A stretch of 55,804 bases of DNA from the NCBI GenBank assembly GCA_029775995.1, contig JARVJX010000001.1:1-55804 (forward strand), in the 5' to 3' direction. Made by a program: the position numbers and the translations under genes. Under the pieces are notes generated by a model. The model saw only the letters and a program-made list of their open reading frames with translations, was not told the DNA's origin and searched no databases. How positions within the stretch are numbered: the first letter of the stretch is position 1; each line of letters begins with the position of its first letter. Shown here piece after piece: positions 27,328-36,741 of the stretch. This DNA is from Nitrososphaeria archaeon (lineage in GTDB: Archaea; Thermoproteota; Nitrososphaeria; Nitrososphaerales; JARVJX01).

Positions 27328-27850
27328 AGAAGAACTAGAGGTTAGAGCAAAGGTTAAGAGGCTTTCTCAACTTCTCCTTCTACCAAGGGCAAAGAGCTAT
27401 GGAGTAAGAGAGTGGGAATTAAGAAGGAGCTTGGGAAAAAATTATCTCAAATACTTGGATCTGCTAAATAATGAGTTAGATAACTATGGATTGGCTGTAA
27501 AGGTATATGGGGAAGGAGAGGATAGAAGGTTCTTTTTAGTTTTAAAGGATCCTCCTCATAGAGAAGATTTACAGCTATCGGGCTATAGAATAGACGAATT
27601 AGCCATATTAGCCAGCAGTATAGCCTATTTAACTTCAAAGAAGGGAAAAGCTACAAAAAAGGAAGTTTTAGAGCTTCTATCCGATAAAATACCAAAATGG
27701 AAATTAGAGTTGGCCCTTAGAAAATTCGTTAGAAGGGGCTATTTAGAAGAAAAGCAAGGTATATTAAGCTTAGGATGGAGGTCAGAGGTAGAATTTGATA
27801 GAGCTCAATTGGTAAAGCTCATCTTGAGAGGCTTATCCCAAACCTCCTAG
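27320..27850 (+). CDS. Tandem winged-helix protein (ScpB/KITE-like)
   Basis: It overlaps the upstream gene by 8 nt. Two WH-like units are present: ..REWELRRSLGKNYLKYLDLLNNELDNYGLAV... and LAILASSIAYLTSKKGKATKKEVLELLSD...LRKFVRRGYLEE, similar to the ScpB layout. Confidence 0.5.
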   Translation: MSEEELEVRAKVKRLSQLLLLPRAKSYGVREWELRRSLGKNYLKYLDLLNNELDNYGLAVKVYGEGEDRRFFLVLKDPPHREDLQLSGYRIDELAILASSIAYLTSKKGKATKKEVLELLSDKIPKWKLELALRKFVRRGYLEEKQGILSLGWRSEVEFDRAQLVKLILRGLSQTS

Positions 27851-30680
27851 CTAAAGCTTCCTTTTCTTTACTAACTATCTTCTCAAGAAAATTATCATCT
27901 AAAGTCTTATGGCTTTGCAGTATTTCTTTCACATCCCTAAAGTTTAAACCTGATGCACTTAAGGCAAATAAAGCTAAAGAGCCATATTTCTCAAAAAGTT
28001 GAGAACTCTTCATCAGATCTGAATAAATTCTCTTAAACCTTTTAGGAATTTCCTTTTCCTTAATCTTTACTAGGAGCTTACGAACCTTTTCCTCCTCTTC
28101 AGAGGTTAAACCGATTCTTTTTGAACCACAGTTAGGGCATGTAAAATTTTCCTCGATTTCCTCTATAGAGGCTCTTCTCAAATAGCTTAAGCAGTTCATA
28201 CAAACCAGCAATTTAACCTCGCTTAGGATTCTCGCTTTTACAGAGTTTAATATGAGCTTCTTTATCCTTTCAGGTTCAATTACCTCTAGCTTTCTCTCCC
28301 TCTGTGTATAGCTTATCTTTGCTAAAGGGCTCAGTTCCTTCAGCTTAACTTTTATAAGTTTAATCTCTCCTCTATTTACCCTTTCCAAAATTTCCTTTGT
28401 CTTTTCTAAGTCAGAGTCAAGGGTTAAGCAAGTATTCATAGCTTCATCGTATATAGGAGTATCTTTTAGGGAATCAATTATCCTATTTAGCATAACATAA
28501 CTTAAATCTACATCCTTTTCTAAAGCACCAAACTTTCTTCCCACATGAATGAATCTCCTCTTAAAGATTCTGCTGGCTGAAAGGGCTTCAAAAGCTTTTT
28601 TCTCTATATCCTTATAAAGCTCCTTAAAAAGATCAAATATTAAATCCCCTGTGATTTCTTCATCTATTATTATCCTATAAGGGTCCAATCCACTCTTAAC
28701 ATCCCTCCCTAAAAGATGAGATAGCTCATAGCTCAAAATCCTCGCTAAAGTTCTATTAACCTTATGGCCAAAAGAGGAATGGATTATAACCTTCCCTTGG
28801 GCCTCCTCTATAAGAATATTCTTATCGTCCCCTATAGGAATATTTAATTTAAATTGTTCCTCACATTCCTTTAAAGCCCTCTTTATTACCTCTCTATTTG
28901 TTACTGGGTATTGCCTTTCAAATTCTGATGCTATGCTCTCTAAATCATAGCCTTCTCTTAACTTCTCATAGCATATTCTCCTTATTCTACCAACTTCTTC
29001 AGCCACCTCAAAAGGTACAGGTATCTCATCTCCCACCCAGGTAGGTATGGCTCCTAAAGCATCTTCAGCTTCCCTAACGTAAACTTTATCCTTATAGATT
29101 TGGGTAATCTTCCATACTTTTCCTCCTTCCACAAACTTTGTACCAATCTCTCCATATTCAGCTATAAAAGCTTCATCCAATACACCTATTGCTTGTTTAT
29201 CTTCAGTAATTACCAGATACTGCTTCTCCTCTGGTATCATGGAAAGGTTTGAGAAGTAATAATGGTATAATTCCCTATGGTTTGGAGGTTTTGAAAAGCC
29301 TCTTTCATCAAGCCAAGCAAGCCTAGGATACCTCTCATGCATATAGAGCATAACCCTAACCAACTCTTCCCTACTAAGGTCTTTATAGGGATAGCTCTTA
29401 TTTACCAGTTCCTTTATCTCATCTATACTCCATCTACTCTTATAGAGAAGTAAACCTGCTAACTGATGATGTAAAGCATCAAGGGGTTTATCAAAGATTA
29501 TTACCTCTTCAATTTTACCCTCTAAAGCCCTCTTGGCTATAACTATGGCCTCTAAAGCATCATCAGAATCCTGAGTTATGATTATCCCTTTCGCTACTCT
29601 ATCAAGGCTATGTCCACTTCTCCCTACCCTCTGAAGAATTCTTGTAACTTGCCTTGGAGAATTATACTGAATCACTATATCTAAAGGTCCTATGTCTATT
29701 CCCATCTCTAGAGAGCTGGTGCAAATTAATCCATACAATTCTCCCCTCTTTAATTTCGCTTCTCCATAGATTCTTGTCTCCCTTGAAAGGGAACCGTGGT
29801 GCACTAATATGGGAAAATCCTTTAACCAGAGCTTAAACCTGTTGGCTAATATCTCAGCCTCACTTCTAGTGTTAGTAAAGACAAGGGCACTTTTACTTTT
29901 ATCCAATATATTCTTGATAAACCTTAACCTACAGGCTACCTCCGGATAAGTAAAGAGGACTTTAGCTAACTCTTCATCTTCCTTTTCAGGTTCAGGAAAA
30001 ACAACGTTGAATCTCATTTCCCTTAAGGCTTCAGCCTTTAAAATAAGGCAATCTCTATCTTTCCCTACAAGAAATTTCGCAACCTTTTCAGGGGAGCCTA
30101 TGGTAGCTGATAATCCTACTATCTGAATTTCTTTCAAGCAATTTATCCTTAATCTCTCTAAAGCTAAAGCCAATTGAGAACCTCTTTTATCTTCGGCTAA
30201 CTCATGAATTTCATCCACAATCACATACTTTAAATTGGATAAATGCTTTCTAAAGTTCTTTGAGGCTAACAAAATTTGAAGGGTTTCAGGTGTGGTTATT
30301 AGGATATTTGGGGGTAATAGGCTTTGGCTCTTCCTTTCCTGTGTTTGAGTATCTCCATGTCTTACAGCTAATCTTAAGTCTAACCTTTTACACCAATATT
30401 CAAGCCTTTCCAGTAAATCTCTATTTAAGGCCCTTAAAGGAGTAATGTAAAGTAAGCTTATGCCTCTTAAATTAACTTTATCAAGGTAAAGCCTGTTTAA
30501 TAGGGGCAAAAAGGCGGCTTCTGTCTTTCCTGAACCTGTGGGAGCCATAAGTAAAACGTTCTTCCCTTCTATAATAGGATCAAAGCTTAAGAGTTGGGGT
30601 GGAGTTTCCTTCTCAAAGCCCTTTTCCTTTAAAGCTCTCTGTAATATAGGAGCCAACTTTAAGAAGCTCGTAGATATCAC
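27819..30680 (-). CDS. lhr: Lhr-type superfamily-2 DEAD/DEAH helicase with a C-terminal Zn ribbon
   Basis: Contains APTGSGKTEAA, DEIHEL and SATIG motifs, a long Lhr-like C-terminal extension, and CMNC...CPNCGS. Its 3' end overlaps the ScpB-like gene by 32 nt in convergent orientation. Confidence 0.85.
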   Translation of the reverse strand: MISTSFLKLAPILQRALKEKGFEKETPPQLLSFDPIIEGKNVLLMAPTGSGKTEAAFLPLLNRLYLDKVNLRGISLLYITPLRALNRDLLERLEYWCKRLDLRLAVRHGDTQTQERKSQSLLPPNILITTPETLQILLASKNFRKHLSNLKYVIVDEIHELAEDKRGSQLALALERLRINCLKEIQIVGLSATIGSPEKVAKFLVGKDRDCLILKAEALREMRFNVVFPEPEKEDEELAKVLFTYPEVACRLRFIKNILDKSKSALVFTNTRSEAEILANRFKLWLKDFPILVHHGSLSRETRIYGEAKLKRGELYGLICTSSLEMGIDIGPLDIVIQYNSPRQVTRILQRVGRSGHSLDRVAKGIIITQDSDDALEAIVIAKRALEGKIEEVIIFDKPLDALHHQLAGLLLYKSRWSIDEIKELVNKSYPYKDLSREELVRVMLYMHERYPRLAWLDERGFSKPPNHRELYHYYFSNLSMIPEEKQYLVITEDKQAIGVLDEAFIAEYGEIGTKFVEGGKVWKITQIYKDKVYVREAEDALGAIPTWVGDEIPVPFEVAEEVGRIRRICYEKLREGYDLESIASEFERQYPVTNREVIKRALKECEEQFKLNIPIGDDKNILIEEAQGKVIIHSSFGHKVNRTLARILSYELSHLLGRDVKSGLDPYRIIIDEEITGDLIFDLFKELYKDIEKKAFEALSASRIFKRRFIHVGRKFGALEKDVDLSYVMLNRIIDSLKDTPIYDEAMNTCLTLDSDLEKTKEILERVNRGEIKLIKVKLKELSPLAKISYTQRERKLEVIEPERIKKLILNSVKARILSEVKLLVCMNCLSYLRRASIEEIEENFTCPNCGSKRIGLTSEEEEKVRKLLVKIKEKEIPKRFKRIYSDLMKSSQLFEKYGSLALFALSASGLNFRDVKEILQSHKTLDDNFLEKIVSKEKEALARRFGISLSR

Positions 30681-30795
30681 CAGTCTATCTAAATTGCTTT
30701 AGAGTATTATTTAGGCTTTAATAAAAACTTTTTATCTTACTTAATTTTGAGATGTAAAATAATCTTTATATAAGAGCTCCTTTCACATAAAAGGT

Positions 30796-31437
30796 TTGTT
30801 CCCCATAAAGGATATTGTTGAAAGAAAAAAATTTCCTATAGTCAACTTGAGTCTCATAATCCTAAATATTATTGTATTTATCTTTAGTCTAAATAATTTT
30901 GAGCTTATAATATATAGCTATGGATTTATACCAGCTAACTTAAGTTTACTAACCATTTTCACAAGCCTCTTTTTACATGGAGGCTTAGACCATCTTATAG
31001 GAAATATGTGGTATCTCTGGATCTTTGGAGATAACGTTGAAGACAGAATAGGTCATGGCAAATACTTAATTTTCTATCTACTATCAGGAATAGCGGCTTC
31101 TTTTATCCATTACTTAACAGATCCTTTCTCAGTTATCCCTGCTATAGGGGCTTCAGGGGCTATATCAGGAGTAATGGGAGCCTATGCTATATTCTTTCCA
31201 AGGGCTAGAGTTCTTGTACTGATTAGGTTTTACCTCACAACCATTCCTGCTTTCTTTCTCATAGGATTTTGGTTCCTTCTTCAATTGATCTTTGGAACTG
31301 TAAGTCTAGTAGGGGGAATAGGTAGCGGAATAGCCTATTGGGCCCATATAGGAGGCTTCATCTTTGGCTTATTTGTTGGGTTAGCTACTAAAACTTGGAA
31401 AAAAAATAAAAGAAATGTGGTTACAAGTGAGAAGTAA
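30796..31437 (+). CDS. Rhomboid-family intramembrane serine protease
   Basis: Contains HGGLDHLIGNMWYLWIFG, the catalytic GASGAISGVMGA, and HIGGFIFG. Confidence 0.88.
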   Translation: MFPIKDIVERKKFPIVNLSLIILNIIVFIFSLNNFELIIYSYGFIPANLSLLTIFTSLFLHGGLDHLIGNMWYLWIFGDNVEDRIGHGKYLIFYLLSGIAASFIHYLTDPFSVIPAIGASGAISGVMGAYAIFFPRARVLVLIRFYLTTIPAFFLIGFWFLLQLIFGTVSLVGGIGSGIAYWAHIGGFIFGLFVGLATKTWKKNKRNVVTSEK

Positions 31438-31473
31438 AGCTTTTTTACTAGAAAATAGTTAACATTTTGGCAG

Positions 31474-31800
31474 TTGAGCATAATAACCTTTGATGAGTTT
31501 CAGAAGCTGGATATGAGGGTGGGAAAGATAGTAGATGTGGAAAGGATTCAGGGCTCTAAGAAGTTAGTCAAGATGAAGATAGATGTGGGGGGAGAGATAA
31601 AGCAGAGCTTGGCTGGAGTGGCAGATATATACAATTTGGAGGAATTAAAGGGCAAGTTAGTGGCTGTGGTAAAAAATTTGCAGCCAAGAAAGCTCTTTGG
31701 ATTAGAAAGTGAAGTAATGGTCTTAGCCGCTGTACATAATGGTAAAGTATCTTTACTAATTCCAGACAAAGAAATGCCTCCAGGTTCTAAGGTAACTTAA
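31474..31800 (+). CDS. tRNA-binding domain protein (CsaA/Trbp111-like OB fold)
   Basis: FQKLDMRVGKIVDVERIQGSKKLVKMKIDVGGE...LVAVVKNLQPRKLFGLESEVMVLAA is typical of this domain. Confidence 0.85.
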   Translation: MSIITFDEFQKLDMRVGKIVDVERIQGSKKLVKMKIDVGGEIKQSLAGVADIYNLEELKGKLVAVVKNLQPRKLFGLESEVMVLAAVHNGKVSLLIPDKEMPPGSKVT

Positions 31801-31859
31801 TTGCTTATTTGCCTTTGTATTTAGTATAAATAATTGATTTAATACTAGAGCTTACTATT

Positions 31860-32729
31860 TCACATCCTCAAAAATTTTCTTATCTGCTCATCTAAAGGAG
31901 GGCTCTTTCTAATTCTTCTCCTAGGATAGGGGAGGGGACCTAGGGCTTCAAAGGCCCTTTTAGCTAACTCATCAGCCTCCCCTTCCTCATAAGTATCCCA
32001 TTCATAATAATGTTTAAAATCATTTGGCAAGGTCCAAGATGGATTAAAATTTTCTAAATCTTTTGGTTCTATACAAACACAAACTCTATTTAAAGTTCTA
32101 TGTAAACTTAAAGGGCAAGTAAAAAGCCTTTGCATATCCATCCTATTCTCCACCCTTAAGACTTTTCCCTTAAGCCCATAATCAAAGATTTTATCCCTTA
32201 GCTTTTCTATCACAAATTCAACTATGGAATAGGCAATATCCAAAGGATTTTCCTTTAAAATGGTAAGAGAATTTTGGTGAAGGTGAATATGGCAACCTTT
32301 CCCAGACCATTTTAAAAATACAGATTTTCTAATACCAAAATCCTTCAAAAGGTTAACTATTTCCCTTGCAACAAGTATGGTAGTTTCCCAATCCTCCAAA
32401 GTGTTATCAATATCCCAGGTGGGGGTGCATGCTATGATATTATCATAATCCATTACATCTTCAAAAGAGCTAATCCTTCTATAGAGGTTGGCTGTAGCAT
32501 AAAAGCTTCTTGGTTTAAAATCTTTAAAATTCTTTAGGAGCCTTTGAATATCCCCCTTTTCCTTTATGGTTATGGGTTCCCTTTTACCATTGTAGCGCTT
32601 TAAAATTAGTCTCCCTTTCTCATCCTTAGCAGAGCAGTGTATACTTACCCATCTATCTTTGGCAAACTTTGCTATTTCTTCACAAACTTTAGCATTGTTA
32701 TAATGCTTTAAAACTTCATCACCAATCAA
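31860..32729 (-). CDS. priS: Archaeo-eukaryotic primase (AEP) small-subunit-like protein, a short form without a Zn-binding insertion
   Basis: AEP motifs in order are FYATANLY...TPTWDIDN (DxD), WSGKGCHIHL (SGxGxH), and DMQRLFTCPLSLH. Confidence 0.7.
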   Translation of the reverse strand: MIGDEVLKHYNNAKVCEEIAKFAKDRWVSIHCSAKDEKGRLILKRYNGKREPITIKEKGDIQRLLKNFKDFKPRSFYATANLYRRISSFEDVMDYDNIIACTPTWDIDNTLEDWETTILVAREIVNLLKDFGIRKSVFLKWSGKGCHIHLHQNSLTILKENPLDIAYSIVEFVIEKLRDKIFDYGLKGKVLRVENRMDMQRLFTCPLSLHRTLNRVCVCIEPKDLENFNPSWTLPNDFKHYYEWDTYEEGEADELAKRAFEALGPLPYPRRRIRKSPPLDEQIRKFLRM

Positions 32730-33520
32730 AATTCTTCTTCCTTTTCCTTTATTTCCATTATCTTCCTTTTTACTGAAGATGGTAGAGCATAGTCTTCCCT
32801 CCTTTCACTTGTTTTTCCTAAAAGGACCAAACCCTTTTCATTTACTATATCAATCTCATACATGTAAAGGCTATGGTTTGTTTGCCTCATCTTTTCAACC
32901 ATCAGGTAGCGGTGCAACTTTCCCTGCTTAATTAACCTTCTAAATCTCAATATACCATCAGCTATATGCTCAACACCCCAACCAAAGGCTTCAGATGTAG
33001 TAATGGCATATTGGGAAGTTCCAAGGGTTGTGAAATCCCACTTTGATAGTACCTTTTTAATAAGGTAGGATACTCTCCTAGCCATAGCTGGCTTATCAAG
33101 CCAAAAGGCTGATAAAGAATCTATAACTAATCTTGCTCTACCATAGCCTAAAGTCTTTTTTGCTTCTATGACCTTTTTAACCATCTCCTCCACATCTAGA
33201 GAATTTAAGGACCACTGTTCTTCCCTTCCCATTAAAGCATCTATTAGAATTAGCCTCTTTTCTTCCATGGCTCTCTTAAAATCTATGTTGAATTGTGAAG
33301 CCTGAGTTATTATGGAAGGTGAGCTTTCCTCCGTAGTAATGTATACGCACTTATCGTTCTCTTTTATACCTTGGGCTATAAAGTGAATACAAGTAACAGT
33401 TTTACCTGTTCCTGGCTCCCCAGTTATAGCTACGAAGAAGCCTCTTGGTATCCCTCCTCCTATTATACCATCCAGTAAAGGTATTCCAATAGATAATCTT
33501 TCTATCTGAGGTTCACCCAT
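32726..33520 (-). CDS. KaiC/RadA-like single-domain RecA-superfamily ATPase
   Basis: Contains GIPLLDGIIGGGIPRGFFVAITGEPGTGKT (Walker A) and LVIDSLSAF (Walker B). Its stop overlaps the priS-like start. Confidence 0.85.
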   Translation of the reverse strand: MGEPQIERLSIGIPLLDGIIGGGIPRGFFVAITGEPGTGKTVTCIHFIAQGIKENDKCVYITTEESSPSIITQASQFNIDFKRAMEEKRLILIDALMGREEQWSLNSLDVEEMVKKVIEAKKTLGYGRARLVIDSLSAFWLDKPAMARRVSYLIKKVLSKWDFTTLGTSQYAITTSEAFGWGVEHIADGILRFRRLIKQGKLHRYLMVEKMRQTNHSLYMYEIDIVNEKGLVLLGKTSERREDYALPSSVKRKIMEIKEKEEEF

Positions 33521-33637
33521 CTACTCTAAATTTAAAAATAGCTTTTAAATTTGACGAATTAAATAAACCTCTAACTTCTCATATATCTTTGCTCTAAGTT
33601 TTAAAACTCTTAATACTATGAAATACCCACCTATAAA

Positions 33638-33991
33638 TTATTTATACCTTTTAAATTGTAAAGCCTTTATATTTAATTCGTCTAGCAAGGCTTTTATGAA
33701 TCCCTTAAGCTCTGAATCATCAAACTCTATAAGATCAAACCTTTTTCCCTCTTTAGCCATCTTTAAGGCCATTAAATGGTAGCACTGTTTTTCTTTCCCA
33801 CTTAAAACAGAAAAGTAAAAGTCCTTGCAAGAGCAATAGTTTAACTCATCATCTACAACTTCATCTCCCTCTCTCCCAATTACCGTCCAAATTTCTATTT
33901 GGCTTGGTTTGAACAAATGTAGCTTAATGCAATTATTAGATAGGGCCCTTTGTGCTCTATCCCACTTGTTCTCTTTACTGATTTTTGCCAA
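33638..33991 (-). CDS. SWIM zinc-finger protein
   Basis: CSCKDFYFSVLSGKEKQCYHLMAL matches the SWIM pattern CxCx(n)CxH. Confidence 0.75.
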   Translation of the reverse strand: MAKISKENKWDRAQRALSNNCIKLHLFKPSQIEIWTVIGREGDEVVDDELNYCSCKDFYFSVLSGKEKQCYHLMALKMAKEGKRFDLIEFDDSELKGFIKALLDELNIKALQFKRYK

Positions 33992-34586
33992 TTTTTCTCA
34001 AAATCTCAAAGGTACCATAACTTGCTAGGGCTACTCCAGCTAAAACAAAGATTAAGGATAAGCTCAGATAATCTCTTGGAATTAAGGGAGAATCCACAAC
34101 CTTTTCTTCCTCAACCCTTTCCTTAAAGACTCTCTTTAGGCTAAATTTAACTTCCTTTACTTCTTTATCAGGATTTGAGAATACAAAGTGAAGTAGTTTA
34201 TCTGTAGGAGGAGTCCAAATTATACCCATGGATACTAACCTCTCCTTTTTCATCACGTATTCTTTAGGCTCCATCCCTAGGCTTTCTAACTCCCTATTCT
34301 CATCATCTAAAACCCTGAAATTTATAGCCTTATTTCCCTTTGTGGTAAAGTTAACATTTAAGGTAGTTCCTACTTCAAACTTATTAAAGTAAACCACTTC
34401 TATACCAGGATGAACCTTAAATTCATCTTCAAAGATGGGCTCATCCTTCTTAACCTCTTTACCAACTATAATGGTGTGAGGAATCTTATATTCTGTAAGA
34501 AAGCCTAAAGTAGCTCCAAGGACTAAAAGGGTTAGACCAAGGCTTATGAGCTTCTCCCTCACATCTATTATATCCCCTATAACCAT
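33975..34586 (-). CDS. Membrane-anchored protein of unknown function (N- and C-terminal transmembrane helices)
   Basis: Hydrophobic segments lie at both ends. It overlaps the SWIM gene start by 17 nt. Confidence 0.4.
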   Translation of the reverse strand: MVIGDIIDVREKLISLGLTLLVLGATLGFLTEYKIPHTIIVGKEVKKDEPIFEDEFKVHPGIEVVYFNKFEVGTTLNVNFTTKGNKAINFRVLDDENRELESLGMEPKEYVMKKERLVSMGIIWTPPTDKLLHFVFSNPDKEVKEVKFSLKRVFKERVEEEKVVDSPLIPRDYLSLSLIFVLAGVALASYGTFEILRKIGKNQ

Positions 34587-34622
34587 AAAACCTTTATCTA
34601 TCCTTTACAAAGATCTTTTAAT

Positions 34623-35192
34623 TTGCTCCCTTCGCTAGAGGAAATAAAGAAGAAAAGGTTAAGATTAGGGTTAACCCAGAGAAAGTTAGCGAGAACTTTG
34701 GGTATTAGTCAAAGTATAATTGCCAAGATTGAAGCAGGAAATGTGAGTCCTTCCTACTCCATTACAAAAAAACTCTTTGACTACCTTGAAGGCTTAGAGG
34801 TAAGTAAAGTAGGGAGGGCTAGAGATGTTATGAGCAAGGAGCCCCTTTTTATCCTTAGCCATAGTAAGGTTAAAGATGCAGTAAATTTAATGCTAAAGTA
34901 TGGATTTTCCCAATTGCCTGTAAAGGATGATAAGGGTTTTGTGGTTGGAAGCCTTTTAGAGAAGAGCATAACTAGGAAGCTTTTATCCTTACAAGAGCCC
35001 AGTAAACTCTTTGAGAAGAGAGTTGAAGAGATCATGGATGAACCTTTTCCCATGGTTGGGGAGAGTACTCCTTTAAGCCTAGTAGCCAATCTACTTCAAT
35101 ACTTTCAAGCGGTGTTAGTAGTTAACAACGGTAAAGTAAAAGGTATAATTACCAACTCAGATATAATAACCTCTATAACAAAGAAAGATTGA
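34623..35192 (+). CDS. XRE-family HTH regulator fused to a CBS-domain pair
   Basis: The HTH is LGLTQRKLARTLGISQSIIAKIEAGN. Two CBS-like units follow (..FSQLPVKD.., ..AVLVVNNGKVKGIIT..). Confidence 0.8.
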   Translation: MLPSLEEIKKKRLRLGLTQRKLARTLGISQSIIAKIEAGNVSPSYSITKKLFDYLEGLEVSKVGRARDVMSKEPLFILSHSKVKDAVNLMLKYGFSQLPVKDDKGFVVGSLLEKSITRKLLSLQEPSKLFEKRVEEIMDEPFPMVGESTPLSLVANLLQYFQAVLVVNNGKVKGIITNSDIITSITKKD

Positions 35193-35256
35193 AATTTATT
35201 GCTCAAGGAAAACTAATTTGATGTAAAGCTTATTAGGAAAAGAAGTATCATTAATT

Positions 35257-36741
35257 ATGGTTATTTTTGGTGGTGATATGAGTAGATATTTAAGTATTAT
35301 TAAAAAAGTAGGGGATTACATTTGGGAAATTCCTACTAGCTTTAAGGAAGGGATGAGGGTACCTGGTAGAATTTATGCAAGTGAGAGCTTAATAAAGGAT
35401 ATGGATGAGCAAGTTTACGACCAGATAACAAATGTAGCCACTTTACCTGGAATATTAAAATATGCTTATTGCATGCCTGATGGTCATAGTGGCTATGGAT
35501 TTCCCATCGGAGGAGTAGCAGCCATGAATGTAGAAGAGAATGGAGTAATTTCTCCTGGTGGTATAGGTTTTGATATAAATTGCGGGATGAGATTAATTTT
35601 AACCAATTTAACCTATAATGATGTTAAACCAAAATTAAAAGAATTAGTGGATATGCTCTTTGAAAGGGTTCCAGCAGGTGTAGGTTCCACTGGCTTTGTT
35701 AAAATAACTCCTTCCCAATTTAGGGAGGTGGTTGAATATGGGGCAAAGTGGTGTATAGAAAGGGGTTATGGATGGGAAGAGGATTTAGAGAGAACCGAAG
35801 AATATGGAATAATGAAGGGGGCAAATTCTAACAAAATCAGCGATAGAGCCATTCAGAGAGGTTTAAATCAAATTGGTACCTTAGGTTCTGGAAACCATTA
35901 CCTTGAAATACAGTGGGTCAAGAAGGAAAACATTTTTGATGAATATATTGCCGATAAGATGGGCTTTTTCCCCGATCAAATTGTAGTTATGTTTCATTGT
36001 GGATCGAGAGGCTTTGGTCATCAAGTAGCCACCGATTACTTACAAATCTTTTTAAATGTTATGGAGAGGAAATATAGAATTAAAATCTTAGATAGAGAAT
36101 TAGCCTGTGCTCCCTTTAACTCTCCTGAAGGTCAAGATTACTTTGAAGCTATGAAGTGTGGTATAAACATGAGCTTTGCCAATAGGCAGACAATACTACA
36201 TAGGGTTAGAGAGGTCTTCAGTAAGATCTTCAATTCTGATCCAGAAAAACTGGGGTTAAGAATGGTTTATGATGTAGCCCATAATACCGCAAAGCTTGAA
36301 GAGCATTGTATTGATGGGGTTAAGAGAAAGGTATTGGTTCATAGAAAGGGTGCAACGAGGGCCTTTGGTCCTGGAAGAGAAGAGGTACCTGATATTTACA
36401 GAGATATAGGTCAACCCGTTATAATAGGTGGAAGCATGGAAACGGGTTCCTATCTTCTTTTGGGAACAAAGAGGGCTGAAGAAGAGACCTTTGGAACCAC
36501 AGCCCATGGGAGTGGTAGAACCATGAGCAGAACAAAGGCAAGGAAGATTTGGAGAGGAGAAAGGTTACAGCAAGATATGATGAGGAGAGGAATATATGTT
36601 AGAAGCGTTTCCTATTCTGGTTTAGCTGAAGAGGCTGGAGGAGCCTATAAAGATATAGATGAAGTTATAAATGCCACTCATTATGCTGGAATATCAAAGA
36701 AGATTATCAGATTCTTACCCATAGGAAACATTAAAGGTTAA
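35257..36741 (+). CDS. rtcB: RNA 3'-phosphate ligase RtcB
   Basis: Contains MPDGHSGYGFPIGGV, GFDINCGMR, GSGNHYLE and HGSGR motifs. The true start is probably the internal MSRYLS, about 7 codons in. Confidence 0.93.
   Translation: MVIFGGDMSRYLSIIKKVGDYIWEIPTSFKEGMRVPGRIYASESLIKDMDEQVYDQITNVATLPGILKYAYCMPDGHSGYGFPIGGVAAMNVEENGVISPGGIGFDINCGMRLILTNLTYNDVKPKLKELVDMLFERVPAGVGSTGFVKITPSQFREVVEYGAKWCIERGYGWEEDLERTEEYGIMKGANSNKISDRAIQRGLNQIGTLGSGNHYLEIQWVKKENIFDEYIADKMGFFPDQIVVMFHCGSRGFGHQVATDYLQIFLNVMERKYRIKILDRELACAPFNSPEGQDYFEAMKCGINMSFANRQTILHRVREVFSKIFNSDPEKLGLRMVYDVAHNTAKLEEHCIDGVKRKVLVHRKGATRAFGPGREEVPDIYRDIGQPVIIGGSMETGSYLLLGTKRAEEETFGTTAHGSGRTMSRTKARKIWRGERLQQDMMRRGIYVRSVSYSGLAEEAGGAYKDIDEVINATHYAGISKKIIRFLPIGNIKG

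Noticed and set aside
24596-27850. The SMC-like operon could be a Wadjet (JetABCD) defence system or a Rad50-Mre11 repair pair.
   Set aside because: No JetD/Toprim nuclease gene and no Mre11 phosphoesterase gene are adjacent. There is no CxxC zinc hook in the coiled coil. The gene order is SMC-kleisin-KITE rather than jetABC. A defence role is not excluded, but the sequence does not support it.
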